Part shown: in pieces, positions 51,701-64,000 of the stretch
Numbering within the stretch: position 1 is the first letter of the stretch
How the letters are laid out: each line of letters starts with the position of its first letter
From: Rhynchobatus australiae
Taxonomy: Eukaryota
Assembly (NCBI GenBank): GCA_034780895.1
Contig: JAUZTB010000069.1
Coordinates: forward strand, 12,777,185-12,841,184
Length of the DNA stretch: 64,000 nucleotides
Direction: 5' to 3'
Notes under the pieces: model-generated
Seen by the model: only the letters and a program-made list of their open reading frames with translations
Told to the model about the DNA's origin: nothing
The model's database searches: none
Position numbers and translations under genes: made by a program

Positions 51701-52309
51701 NNNNNNNNNNNNNNNNNNNNNNNNNNNNNNNNNNNNNNNNNNNNNNNNNNNNNNNNNNNNNNNNNNNNNNNNNNNNNNNNNNNNNNNNNNNNNNNNNNNN
51801 AAAGAAAGCTTTTAAGACTGGCAGCACTGGCTGTCAACACTATTGGTTAGTCTCAGAGTTGTTTATTCAATACAAAATTCCTCACAATATATCCTGGCTT
51901 ACAAAACACAATTAAGGAAAAGTCTAAGTCTTCAAATGAATTGTCTAACTTTTAGTGCCGATGTCTGTACAACTACATACAATAAATGGTATTTAATATT
52001 ATAGAATTAGTACTTGGCAAATACTGATAGCAGTGCATGGGGTTGAAAGATAGCAATGAGAATGTTTTAAATGTGACAGAGCTTTAGATTTCTGTTTCTT
52101 TTTGTAACACAAAATAATTTATTCTCAGTCCTACTACTATTTTCCATTTGCCTAACCTGTTCTTTGATACCTGCAGTGTAACTATACTACATCACAATAG
52201 AATTATCTGTTGTTTCATTCCATAATAGTGCAACGTTTCGTCAGGCACGACCCGAATCAAAGCACCCATTGTTAAGTTACAGCAATATCTAGATAACTTG
52301 TTTTTATAC

Positions 52310-53090
52310 TGCAGTTCAAGGTGCCTCAGAAGCAAGATAAAAATTTAAAACTGAACCCGGCAAGATGACTTTAGAGCAACTTGCCAAAAACTTGCTCACG
52401 GAATTTTGTTTAAGAAAAGGAATTTAAGGGAGGAAAAAGGCAGAGAAAGGGAGCTCCAAAACTTTGGACCTTGGCAACTGAAGGCATGACCACCGATGCC
52501 AGAATGACAGAAATCAGGAAGAAGCTGGAATTAGAGGAGTGAAGATATCTCTGAGGAATGTGGGGATAGAGATTTAGAGGAGGAGCAAGGAGCTGTGAAG
52601 TTTTGAAAACTCGGATGAAAATTTAAAGCAAGAACAAGACACTGCTTGTCAAGGATCCACATGGGTGAATGACCACCAGAGAAATGGGTGAATGACCACC
52701 AGAGAAATGGGTGAATGGACTTTGGAGAGTTAGGACATCGACAGTGGAGTTCTGTATGACCAAGTGTTTAGAATAACGCAGTTCTTTTGCTATACAGATC
52801 ACTGAAAATGTTACAGTTAAAACACAGGAAGCCAGTTCGGAGTGCTTTGGAACAGTCAAACTTGAAACAGGTACCAAAGACGTGGTACTGAAGAGGAAGT
52901 AGACGGATTTGATGATGGCAATGGATACGTGGGAAGGAAGTCTCCTCAGACACCCAATAGAACAGGACGATGTAGTCCCAGACAGTTGCCAAACGGGTTG
53001 CTATCAGTGGCTAGGATATGGAGTTCTGTGGCAGGGACTCAAGGCAATGATGTGAATATATGCCAGGAATAGGGAAGAGCCCAGAACAGG
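52310..53090 (-). mobile_element. L2 LINE 3' fragment (old)
   Basis: Similar to 19200-20005. Confidence 0.55.
52661..52717. repeat. Perfect tandem repeat, 23-bp unit ATGGGTGAATGACCACCAGAGAA x ~2.5
   Basis: Read directly from the sequence. Confidence 0.9.
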
Positions 53091-53647
53091 CAGGTCCAAT
53101 CCCCAAAGCTAAGAGATAGAAATGGTGGGGGGGGGGGGGAGGTGGTGGTCAGGGATGCTGAGGGAGAGCTGCAAGGGCACTTGCCTCTCTGCACAGCTGT
53201 GCTTGCCTTGTTACAGCCACCAGGTTTCCCTAAGCCTATGAAAATCCAGCTGTTCCCTGATCACCCTGCAAAAGTGAAAGTTGGAGGCGGTCCTTCGTCT
53301 TACCTTTGGCAGAGAGGACGTCCACAGTCCTTGGAGAAAAACGGTTGGAGATAGGGTAGTAGTTGAAAGGATGGGCTTTTGAGAAAAGTTATGAAAGTGG
53401 TTGAATTGAATGAATAGGGAATAGTTCCTGATGAGTGCAGACAATTAATAACATCAACCAACAGAGGATCCGGAAATATATAATTAATGTCACTTCTTTT
53501 GCAATCTGATTATAACTAGATTTTAAAAGTTTAAGATGTTCATAAATGGCTAAATGTACAGGTCTTAGCCCCAGCTCAGAAGCAAAGGCATGCACTATGC
53601 CCCCATGCCTACCCCCATCTCCAGATACTTGATCGCATTATCTAGAT

Positions 53648-53929
53648 CAATGGTTCTCAAGCTAGAGCCCAGAGGCAACTGCCACATTTCCTACTAATCA
53701 AATGCCAACTCAGGTTTTAATACATTTCTACTTGGTTGCTCCTTTAAAATGAGCTTTGCAGAGAATTGACATCACTGCACTGTATTACATAATAATGATT
53801 TATATTGCTGTCAGATCATAGCTATTACAAACTTTTTAAATGGACATCCAGGATTAAGTTGCCTAGGTGAAACGCATCCAGGAATCTTGCAAGGATCGCC
53901 TGTAATGGCAAGTAAACTGAGAACCACCA
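53648..53929. mobile_element. hAT/Charlie-type MITE (~282 bp)
   Basis: Imperfect TIRs caatggttctca / tgagaaccacca. The 8-bp flanks ATCTAGAT and GTCTAGGG resemble the NTCTAGAN target. Confidence 0.7.
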
Positions 53930-54149
53930 GTCTAGGGTAGAGTCTTTGGTACAGTGAAAAGGAAATACTGAATTACAGGCAGTTATCTTCCATGCAATTT
54001 AGCCCAGTTTTATAGTGCAATTGTGCTTCCTTCCTCACTAATCCATCTAAATCCATGAACATAGCCTTCTATTCATTTCTCCCTCACATACTCATGCAGC
54101 TTCTCTGTAAAGGCACCTGTTGTTACCCTTGCTAGTTTACACAATGCCA

Positions 54150-54330
54150 GAATGTGTCCATCTGCCCTGTTGGAGCAATAAAAAATGCCAAGTGTTTTCC
54201 AAAAAATACTCGGGTTTTCCTGATGTCCTGAGTAGCATTCCTTCCTCCACCAACATAGTTATTCATTTGTGGGACCTTGCTGTGCACAAGTTGAATGTGG
54301 AATTTTCCTACAGTACAAAAATGCCTTAAT
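54150..54330 (+). mobile_element. Deu-domain SINE remnant (SacSINE1/AmnSINE1-like)
   Basis: cctgatgtcctg..ccaccaaca...tttgtgggaccttgctgtgcacaa..ttcctaca. Related remnants lie at 38030-38550, 47320-47470 (-), 49130-49190 and 60290-60530. Confidence 0.55.
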
Positions 54331-54887
54331 GATTGCAAATATCTTTGAAATATCCGAAATTTGGGAAATCTATTGATTACAAGTGTTATAAAACTCCATC
54401 AAGATTATTGGATACATCTTAATCTGTCCAACTAGAGCAATTCTCACTTCTCATTTTCCCCAAATCCATCTCTCTCCAATCACATTAGTTGCTCGTATCG
54501 TTTCAGCCTACACTGTCTGTAAATCTGGAATGCAGTATTCCCAAAGCATTTTCAACCCACTGAAGTACGTCTGAGCAGAAATTACATTTGGTTTATGGAA
54601 AAGTTTATTCTAACGGCCCCATCCCAGTCCTGATTGAATATGCTGCATAATGGAATCGGAATTAGAACCTGGAACGAAAAAAACTCATTTCGTTCACACC
54701 ACACAGTCTATTAGATTTTGCAAGTTAATCTTTAAGGTCAGTGGGATGTGGTCGCTATGTACCAACAGGATGTCATTATGCCACGCCACAGGAGCTCGGG
54801 ACAACTTGCAACACACGGCAGCAATGTCATCCTCTGCATCTGGACCTGGGGCAATTTTAGTTTCGACAGGAAAAAAAGCTCATTTGA

Positions 54888-54982
54888 AGCAAAAAAAAAA
54901 CTACTGGAGGAATTCAGCGGATCAAACACCACTTGTGGAGGCAAAAGGAAAGTCAACGTTTCGGGTGGAGACCCTGCATCCG
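54888..54982 (-). mobile_element. Penelope-derived terminal repeat with partial hammerhead
   Basis: Minus strand AGGGTCTCCACCC-GAAACGTT-GACT is intact, but the CUGANGA part is mutated. Confidence 0.65.
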
Positions 54983-55239
54983 TTGTGGTTGCACTTTTTT
55001 ATTCTTTATTTTACCGTTAGAGAATAAAACCAAGTGCAAAGACAATTCTGCAAAGGGTTACAAACAAGGGCTGAGGAAAAGCACACAGGCTGCGCACGGG
55101 CTTTGTCAGGGGATTAACTTTTTTGGAGGGAGGAGGGGGGTGGGAAATGCAGCCCAACCAGTTTGAGTAAAGCGCAATGGGGTGAGCAGGTAAAGGGGAG
55201 AAGGCTGGGGATCGGAGTGACAGGCAGCCCATCGAGGGT

Positions 55240-55600
55240 CGCCAGCTCTGGCTGAGGGTCGCCCTCCCCTGGTGTGGCGCCGGGCAGTCTCACCTGTGTC
55301 CTGTCTGCTGAGCCGCCGTGTCCTACTCACTCCGCTCTGCTTTCGCGATCCCGCTCACGATTATTTTATATACACACCCCCCCCCGCCACTTCGCTCCGC
55401 TTCTGAGTCTGCGCGGACACCGCCCCCTCCCGACCCCCGGGGGGCGGGGACCAATGTAGCAAAGTGGAAAGGAGGAGGGGCGGCGGGCCGTGATTGGAGG
55501 ACACCGGGGGAGAGGCGGGGTCCTCTCCCTCCAACTCCCGCCCACTCCCCGCCCCCCGCGTCCTGGCGTCAGGCGGCGTTCCCCAAGCCCCGCCCTCTGC
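55240..55600 (-). promoter_or_regulatory. CpG-island promoter of ASS1 with TATA box, CCAAT boxes, GC boxes and a CRE-like site
   Basis: The most CpG-dense stretch in the window. TATATAAAA on minus at 55364-55372, CCAAT at 55451-55455 (+) and 55493-55497 (-), several GGGCGG/CCGCCC between 55383 and 55560, TGACGCCA on minus at 55564-55571. Confidence 0.8.
55294..55345 (-). other. ASS1: Probable non-coding first exon (5' UTR) of ASS1
   Basis: CAG|GTGAGA donor at 55293. The start is inferred about 27-30 nt downstream of a TATATAAAA box. Coding exon 1 has its own acceptor, so an upstream UTR exon is required. Confidence 0.65.
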
Positions 55601-58600
55601 CTGTGCTACTCAGATGTTGGAGGGTCTCCCAACCAAGGGGACGCTCAGCAGGTCAGGCAGCATTTGGATGTGGGACCCCTGAGGTCCTCCACCTGAGGCA
55701 TTGGGTAGTGGAGGCAGAAACTCTCACAAAATGTATCTTGAATTGTCATGGGATAGAGGACTGCATCATCTGGATGCCAGCCATCAATTCCCATTCACCA
55801 AGTGCTGGTAAATAGGAATTAATGGCATGCACATGATGGATCAGAGAGTCTGTTGTTTGACTCTATGACACTATGCTTCTCTTGCCACAGGTGCTGCCTG
55901 AGTGATTACAGCATTTTCTGTTTGTTGTAGAGCTGGGAGATGACATCTCTAACAAAATTAGACCACAGTTACAAGCTATTAACCTGAGTACACAAAATCT
56001 ATTAATAAAGCAATAACTTGCTTTAAGAAAAAAAGTATGGATAATTGGAATTGTCCCTCCCTTATGAGCATGGACACAGGTGCCACTGTGCCTGTGCTGG
56101 GCATCAAGAACCGACCAACACCAGTCTCCTTTCCCAGCACTCAGTTTGTAACTTTGAGACATGGTATTTCATCCTTCCGACATTCAAATCCAGATTGTTA
56201 ATCTATATACCAAACAGCTATTCAGTGGGATCGTGGCTGATTTGTGATCTAACATTTTTAGCCCATTTTGATTAACAAAATCTGATTAATTTACCTGGAT
56301 GTCAACAGTAGTGTCACCACCAGGACATTGGACCTTATTTTGACCACAGCTGCTTAAAAACTAAACAAGACCAAGCACAAGCATGTCACAGGCACATGTG
56401 CAGAGCATTTGCTGGGTACTCTGTGCCAAGTAGGTCATGTCCCAATCCCTCAAATCCTCTTCCTCACCAGATAACATACCATCATACTTATATAATACCA
56501 TCCTCAGAGCAAAATGTCCCAGACATATTACACAAGGGTTATCAAATCAAACCTGACACTAAAGTCACAAAAAGTTATGGAGATAAATAATCAAAATTAT
56601 CGACAATGATACTGATGAATTTGAGGACAACGTTATGTCTGTTCTGATTGGAAAACATTAGACAGGATGCAGATAAAAACTAGTAGAATGACCTTGTGAA
56701 CAGCGTTATGAATAGACTGTCGAAGCAGGGATTGTCCTCCTTACTGTTTAATATGCTCTGGAGACCAAAGAAAGAAAATTGTTTCCACTGGCAGAAGTGT
56801 CACGAACCAGAGGACACAGATTTAAGGACAATGGAAATTGAACCAGAGGGGAGACATAAGGAAACACTTCCTCATGGAGCAAATAGTCTAGATCTGAAAT
56901 TCACTGCCTGAAAAGCTAGTGGAAGCAGATGTAATCATTGCTTTCAAATAGCATAAAAACTCCAAGAAGAATGTATTGCAGGGTAAAAAAGCCAGAGAAT
57001 GATCATTTGTAGGGATCCAATGTGGGCTGAAAGGATTGAATGGCTTCCTTCTGTGCTGATGCTATACTCTTGGATATGTTCCAAAGCTCACAATATGGCC
57101 AAGCAGTGCAAAGCACTCTGCTTATCATTATCAAAAGTGCGTTCTGAGTGGAAGTTCCAACCAAGAGAAATAATAAGGCACCTTATGAAATGTCATGAAA
57201 TGAAGTCAGTTTTAAGTCAATTTCAAGTCAGTGCAGTGACGTGGCAGTTTTCTTGGTTACATATGATGCTGCTGGGGATTCCCAACAAGGTTGCTGCTGT
57301 AATAATACCATCAGGAAATACTGAAACACCTATATTAAAAGTGCTTCACTCAAAGTTCACCATTGCCCAATTAATTTATTCACTCAGGTTTTAAGAGGAA
57401 AGATCCAAGCAGAAGTTTGGTAATGATGGAGGCAGTCTAACATTACTAAAGTCAGACAAGTGACAAGGGAAGAAATTGTTAATGGAAAAATATTCCCACT
57501 AATTGTGAAACCAGCACAGTGTAAGTTGGAGATGTGCATTATCATTTTCAATGAGAATAATAAGACAGAAAGAAATTGCTCCACCCCAACCTGCCCCGCC
57601 CCCTCTGCCCTCCAATTTGTTCACAGTTACACTGGCACCATTTCACCCTTGATGGGTCTGGGCTTCACACATGCACATGTCAACCATCAGCAGTTCAGTG
57701 TTTGCTGACAAAAATCAGTGTGAATTACTTCCCCTTTCCTTTCTGCATTCTCCTTGTGATGGCACAAATAGAAAAGATTTTCAGTGTCGCATGTTGCAGA
57801 TGAAAACCACTTCAAGCAACAACATTTCAGTGGTGGCAATGATCCTAATGAGAAGATGAAGTACGTCGAAATACTTACCTCATCATTTGTCAAACTTAGC
57901 AAATCTGTATGGGCTCCAGCTTTACTACAACTTTTGTACAGGTACCCATGCTTTCTTTTTAAGCCCCAATGGCACAAATTAACTCTGAGACAGTAAATTC
58001 CAGCTGTGGCAAGACCCAAGCCTTCAAATATAGTTTTCCATCTTTTCCCGTTTACTATNNNNNNNNNNNNNNNNNNNNAGGAACATTACCAGGATTTAAA
58101 CCGTGGAAAATCCCAGGCAACCAGGAAGTGTTGCTCAGGGCAAAGTAAGAATATAAAGATAGCAATTGCAGTTGAACAAGAAAGGGAGTAGTACAATTAA
58201 CTGAAGAATAATGACAGGCTAAAGAAGAATGTCAGCTCGAATTGATTGGGAAAGCATAAGTTGTCAGGCTGGTTTAGAGGAAGTGGGACACATGGTTATT
58301 AATGTAATCCAGCAGCTCACAGGAGAGCAAAGTGTTTCCGTGAAAGAATGGGGAAACGGCATACAGTATACATATGCTGGGTATGAAGAAGGGGAGTGGT
58401 TCTGAACTCAGGCAAGGTTAGAGACTTCGTTATAGAATGATGAGAAAATGAGAATATGGTCCTTTTGTTGCAAATTTAAACGTCACTCTGCTTTTTTGTT
58501 TAGATTGGAACTCTATCAATTGTAACATAAGATGGTCTAAAATAAATTATTTTTAATAGAATAACACTCCAAGGAAGGATATCCTCAGATTTCTGTGGAG

Positions 58601-59502
58601 GTGCATCACATCAATCTTGTATTATTCTCTTCACAGTTTCATGTATCTGTGTGTTTCTTTCTCCCAAAATAAGAACAGTACAGTTTAATTTGTACACATG
58701 TTCTACAAATGGAGAAACAAATTATGCACTTCAGGGATTGCACTAACTTTTTTTATAAATTGGTAGCTGGTTTATTATTGTCACATGTATCAAGGTACAG
58801 TGAAAAACTTTGTTTTGCATGCCATTCCATACAGATCATTTCACCACATCAGTAGGTTGAGGTAGTACAAGTTTTTTGCTTGGCTTTTTTGAACATTTGT
58901 AGGAATGATTGTTAATTTAAAAAGCCTCATACAACATGATTTTCTATAAGAGACTAGATAAATCCCCTCATCAAGTCCACAAAAGATATGTTGTTCAAAT
59001 ACATTGTGTCACAAATTAATGGCAATTTCATAAGGGTAGATCCTTCTGCTCTTACACCATTGCATTTCACAATCTTTCCCAAATAATGTTGTAACCAAGT
59101 ACCGACATTGCTTAATTCTGTAAATACTGTTGCTTACCAAGTCTCACTAATATAGAACACTAGGGAAGCTACAAACATTTGCAGTGGCTATCTTTAGGAA
59201 TCCTAATCTAATGTGCCTGTCCAGTTCCTATGTCCCTTTTCCTTCAATCATCTAACTTATTCTTAAATATTGCTGTGGTCTTCACTTTAATTACAACTGA
59301 ATTCCATAATTTCACCACTCCATAAGATATCTCCCAAACTCTGTCTTAAATCTCTTTATTTGACATTATATTTCTTAATTCAAAGTAGTTCACTAAAATC
59401 TCCTGAAGGGCCTGTAGAAGGCATTATGTAAGTGCAAGTGCTTCATTCTTTTAAAGTCCTCATATAAAGTCCCTCAGTCACAGAAAACTATTCGACCATG
59501 GA

Positions 59503-59772
59503 AGATAGAACGGTACAGCACAGGAACAGGCCCTTTGGCCCACGATGTTTGTGCCAAACCCAATACTGAACTGAACTAAATCTCTACCTGTAGATGGCCC
59601 CTATCACTCCACTCTCTACATATTCATGTGCCTATCTAACAACCTCTTAAACACCACTATCATATCTGCTTCCACCACTACCCCTGGCAGCCCATTCCAG
59701 GCATCCACCACTCTCTGTATAAAACACTTGACCTGCACATCACCTTTAAACTTTCTCCCTCTCTCCTTAAAT
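59503..59772 (-). mobile_element. CR1 LINE 3' end
   Basis: ORF 59616..60089 gives FIQRVVDAWNGLPGVVVEA..FKRLLDRHM. Confidence 0.85.
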
Positions 59773-60289
59773 GTAGATAGATAGATATCCTTCTTGGTNN
59801 NNNNNNNNNNNNNNNNNNNNNNNNNNNNNNNNNNNNNNNNNNNNNNNNNNNNNNNNNNNNNNNNNNNNNNNNNNNNNNNNNNNNNNNNNNNNNNNNNNNN
59901 NNNNNNNNNNNNNNNNNNNNNNNNNNNNNNNNNNNNNNNNNNNNNNNNNNNNNNNNNNNNNNNNNNNNNNNNNNNNNNNNNNNNNNNNNNNNNNNNNNNN
60001 NNNNNNNNNNNNNNNNNNNNNNNNNNNNNNNNTCTGTATGGATGGCATGCAAAACAAAGTTTTTCACTGTACCTCAGTACACGTGACAATAATAAACCAA
60101 TTTACCAATAAGCACAGTGGCGGATGAATAAGAATAAGGTATCAATAGACCTACAAAAAAAAACGAAGAGTTAAAATGAATGTGCAATTAAAACCAGTGA
60201 TCAGAAATGCAAGCAAATTGTTGGAGATGTTAATTGTTCTCAGAATCAGTGTACGTTTGATTTATTTGGTTTTGGGTGCAGATGGAGTC

Positions 60290-60530
60290 CCCAGTGATTC
60301 AGAGGCAGATCAAGTTCACTCCTACTTCCAGTTCTGAGGGAGTTCAGAGCTGTGGGATTACTCGTTAAACTTCAGCCCAGTCTTCACAGTTGGTAGTCGT
60401 AAAATATCCTGCGGCACTGCTTTGAAGATTGGGAAAGTTCTCTCCAATATTCTGACCAATTTTCTCTCAATCAACATAAGAGAAAGAGATGACCAGGTCG
60501 TTGCTGTTTCTGCAAATGTCTTGTTCATTC
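60290..60530 (+). mobile_element. Deu-domain SINE remnant
   Basis: ctgagggagt..gttaaac..gtaaaatatcc..ggcactgctttgaaga..gttctc..ccaat..ctcaatcaacat. Confidence 0.55.
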
Positions 60531-60572
60531 TGCCTCAGAGAGACAATACAACTGTTCTGCCTGTCTAACTGG

Positions 60573-60703
60573 GGACACAAGAGACTGCAGATGCTGGAAT
60601 CTGGAGCAAAAAATGAGTTGCTGGAGGAACTCAGTGGGTCAGGCAGCATCTGTGGAGGGAAATGGACGATCGGTGTTTTAGGTTGAGACCCTTCATCTGG
60701 ACT
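60573..60703 (-). mobile_element. Penelope-derived terminal repeat with degenerate hammerhead
   Basis: gagactgcagatgctggaatctggagc...ctggaggaactcag..gtcaggcagcatctgtgg...gagacccttcatctggact. Confidence 0.75.
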
Positions 60704-61445
60704 TTACCAAAACTTACCAATATCCTCTGTTCTTCAATTTCACATAAAAGAATCCCATTCTTTTTCCTCATTGATTCAACATCACAGTGATGTTCTACCA
60801 ACTTTTGCTTCAGTACCTTCCTCAATGTGTGGCGCTCAAAACTATTAAACAGCACTGAGTGTTCTGAACGATGAAAATGTTTCAAGATTTCAATCTCATA
60901 ACTCTTAAGGATTGAATATGAAGTCAGGGATGGGGATACTGTACACATGCCCAAACAGGGAAAGCTGAGGCCTGGCTAAAATCTTCATCCAAATAAAATG
61001 GGACCAACTGTTCTAATGTGCATTATTTCTGTCCAGGTACCTGCCTCAGGCATCCACACTATTTTACTTACCCCATTTCCTTCTAGTTCTTTTCTTTCCC
61101 TGTTCTTTTCTTATCAGCAAGCTTATGATGGTCTGAATGACTTCCATTTGAACTGTAAATTTCTGTAATAGTTTTAATTAATTTTAAGGGATGTGTATGT
61201 CACCATTTATTGTCAATCTCAATGAGCCCTTGAGAAGGCAGTGGTGAGTCACCTTCTTGAACCACTNNNNNNNNNNNNNNCCCTGATGGGGCTCAGGTGT
61301 GTATTGTTATGTAATCAGTCCAGCATGGAATCCATGTGCTGGACAACAAGGCATTAACGGAGCCAAATTGAGGGCCAAAACTCAGAACCATGACAACAGG
61401 TGGAATCACATTTTACTGTATTAAACTTGACAACGTCAAACTGTT

Positions 61446-61730
61446 AAGAGGGAATGCATTTAAGGTGAGAGGGGAAAAATTCAAAGGAGATGTGGGGGTG
61501 AGGGCAAGTTTTATTTACATGGAGTGGTAGGTATCTGGAACGTGCTGCCAGGGGTGGTGGCAGAGGCAGATCCGACAGGGGTGTTTAAGAGGATCGTTGA
61601 CAGGCACCTGAATATGCAGAGATTGGAGGAATTTGGACCATTTGCAGGCAGAAGGAATGTGGTGTCATTAGCTTAACTAGGCACAACAGGTTGAGCCGGA
61701 GGGCCTGTTACTGTGCTGTACTGATCTATG
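61446..61730 (+). mobile_element. CR1 LINE 3' end
   Basis: gcatttaaggtgagagggg...tggaacgtgctgccagggg...gggcctgttactgtgctgtact. Confidence 0.8.
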
Positions 61731-62704
61731 AAATATAGGTGCTTCCTTTTCCCATCAGAATGATGTACTCTGCCTCCTATTTCAGCACCGAATAAATATT
61801 TGGGCTCCATTCCCTCTGGTCCTACATCGAATTTCTGGATGTGTGCAATGAACAGAACCATGAAGACATTTCTTGTCTGAGAAATTAATAACACCTGCTC
61901 TGTGCTTTCTCCTGCAAATCAGCCTTAAATGCAATTTATTACCCTTTGCTTAATATTTTCCAGTTTCTTCCTTGTATTATACTTTCTAAATGTCCATGAA
62001 CACAGGGCACTCTTCCATCTATTTCCTTACCCAATATAGCAATCATCTCCCAGAAAAAAGCTAGGTCGTGCATTTTAAGCATAATTGTCTTTTCTGAAAT
62101 CCTTGCTGGCTGCTTTTAGTTATTTTCCCTTTATTTAGATACCTAGTAATTTTTGTCTATAAGTTTAGTAACCCGATTATTGTAAACGGATTCATTGTTG
62201 ATACTTCTTTTTGAAAAGGGTCCTATTCTCCAAAATAGGAGGCAGTGAACATTATTCTGATGGGGAAATGAGACACTTGTATGTTATTGATCAGAGAATC
62301 AGACAGCAATGGTTCAAGAAGGTGACTCACTTCCACCTTCTCAAGAGCTTGTAGAGATGAGCAATAAGCAGTGACATCCACATCCCATAAAATTAATAAA
62401 AATTGTCATAGAAATTTACATTTCAGTTTTTTACAATCAGAAATTTACCATCAGACCATGATAATGTACCTAACCACACATAGTGGGACCTCCAAATATA
62501 ATTGCTTCAGTTTTTGTTTTCTATTTTCACTCCCATTTCTTTCAGGGTATTTGGATATAGTCCATTGTCTGCAAAAATATCACCATATTTGTAATGGTTT
62601 GGGGATTTATTAACATGTTAGTAAAAATTAAAGGTAAGGGCTTTTAATTTTCTTCTCCCAGGCTATAGAACCTGATAACCTGCAACCTTAGTTTTGCATT
62701 TTGC

Positions 62705-62906
62705 ATATGATAAGAGGCATAGATTGAGTGGGCAGTCAGAGACTTTTTCCCAGGGCGACAATGGCTAACGCGAGGGGACATAATTTTAAGGTGATTGGAG
62801 GAAGTTATAAAGGGGATGTCAGGGGTAAGTTTTTTACACAGTGAGTGGTGGGTGTGTGGAACGCACTGCCTGCAGAGGTTGTGGGGGCAGATACATTAGG
62901 GACATT
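62705..62906 (+). mobile_element. CR1 LINE 3' fragment running into a gap
   Basis: MIRGID..RGHNFKV..VVGVWNALPAEVVGADTLGT. Same subfamily as 13159-13668. Confidence 0.85.
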
Positions 62907-64000
62907 NNNNNNNNNNNNNNNNNNNNNNNNNNNNNNNNNNNNNNNNNNNNNNNNNNNNNNNNNNNNNNNNNNNNNNNNNNNNNNNNNNNNNNNNNNNNNN
63001 NNNNNNNNNNNNNNNNNNNNNNNNNNNNNNNNNNNNNNNNNNNNNNNNNNNNNNNNNNNNNNNNNNNNNNNNNNNNNNNNNNNNNNNNNNNNNNNNNNNN
63101 NNNNNNNNNNNNNNNNNNNNNNNNNNNNNNNNNNNNNNNNNNNNNNNNNNNNNNNNNNNNNNNNNNNNNNNNNNNNNNNNNNNNNNNNNNNNNNNNNNNN
63201 NNNNNNNNNNNNNNNNNNNNNNNNNNNNNNNNNNNNNNNNNNNNNNNNNNNNNNNNNNNNNNNNNNNNNNNNNNNNNNNNNNNNNNNNNNNNNNNNNNNN
63301 NNNNNNNNNNNNNNNNNNNNNNNNNNNNNNNNNNNNNNNNNNNNNNNNNNNNNNNNNNNNNNNNNNNNNNNNNNNNNNNNNNNNNNNNNNNNNNNNNNNN
63401 NNNNNNNNNNNNNNNNNNNNNNNNNNNNNNNNNNNNNNNNNNNNNNNNNNNNNNNNNNNNNNNNNNNNNNNNNNNNNNNNNNNNNNNNNNNNNNNNNNNN
63501 NNNNNNNNNNNNNNNNNNNNNNNNNNNNNNNNNGTCACTGTAATTCTTCAGCCCTGTCACCCTTGGAAATTTCTGTTCTGCCCTGTTCTCCTGATTACTT
63601 CTGACTCAATCATCCCACCACTGATGGCTATGCTTTTGGCTGCGAAGTGTCTTCCCCTGAAATAATCTGGACAAACTCTTTCTGCCTTTAAAATGCTCCT
63701 TAGAACCCACTTCTTGCATGTAGCTTTGGGTCATCTGACATAATGGTATTTACTGTATATAGCTCAGCCTCAATTTTTATTTTATAACATGTTTGTTAAG
63801 TTCGTTGGGGCATTTTGCTGCAATAAGACTGTACAAATAAAATTTGTTTTCCTTTGTACATCTCTCCCCATGTTAAGGAACATTTACTCAATGAACCTTT
63901 GCTAAATTGAAGAGATTTATTTAGTTTAATTTGTTGCTTGATGGAGGGTCCTTTCACTACAACAAGGGGCAGGGAATGCATTTAACATCTCATGCAACAC

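Noticed and set aside
57871-57880. ATACTTACCT, matching the U1 snRNA 5' end or a perfect minus-strand donor
   Set aside because: The following sequence does not continue as U1, and the adjoining ORF resembles no protein I recognise. There is no support for an exon without RNA data.
58079-58527. LTR-like segment ending TGTAACA
   Set aside because: The left end falls in a gap, and no TSD can be verified.
60631-60954. 107-aa minus-strand ORF upstream of ASS1
   Set aside because: No recognisable homology, and its C-terminal part runs into a Penelope-derived repeat.
1-64000. CRISPR arrays, rRNA genes or prokaryotic operons
   Set aside because: The locus is eukaryotic and intron-rich. No regularly spaced repeat-spacer structure or rRNA sequence was seen.

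Overview
Vertebrate genomic DNA from a gappy draft assembly with many N runs. The repeat content (CR1 and L2 LINEs, Rex/Babar tails, V-SINEs, Deu-domain SINEs, Penelope-like elements) points to a cartilaginous fish, probably a ray or other batoid; this is an inference. The window holds the 5' half of argininosuccinate synthase 1 (ASS1) on the minus strand: a CpG-rich TATA/CCAAT/GC-box promoter near 55.3-55.6 kb, a probable non-coding first exon, and six coding exons with canonical GT-AG boundaries (49819-49926, 37522-37590, 35835-36023, 26867-26923, 7284-7354, 6955-6985). The expected 75-nt exon (VIAPWR...YAK) is not visible and probably lies in an N gap. The remaining exons lie in a gap or beyond the left edge. 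The introns and upstream region are mostly transposon debris. The most notable non-coding signals are (1) many Penelope-derived repeats carrying minimal hammerhead-ribozyme motifs, two with intact catalytic cores flanking coding exon 2 in the sense orientation, (2) a solo LTR with a 5-bp TSD and a ZNF143/ETS module, antisense to ASS1, (3) a CR1 ORF1 remnant with two nested insertions, and (4) strong CTCF motifs. Repeat family names come from my recall of consensus sequences, not from a database search, and repeat boundaries are approximate.
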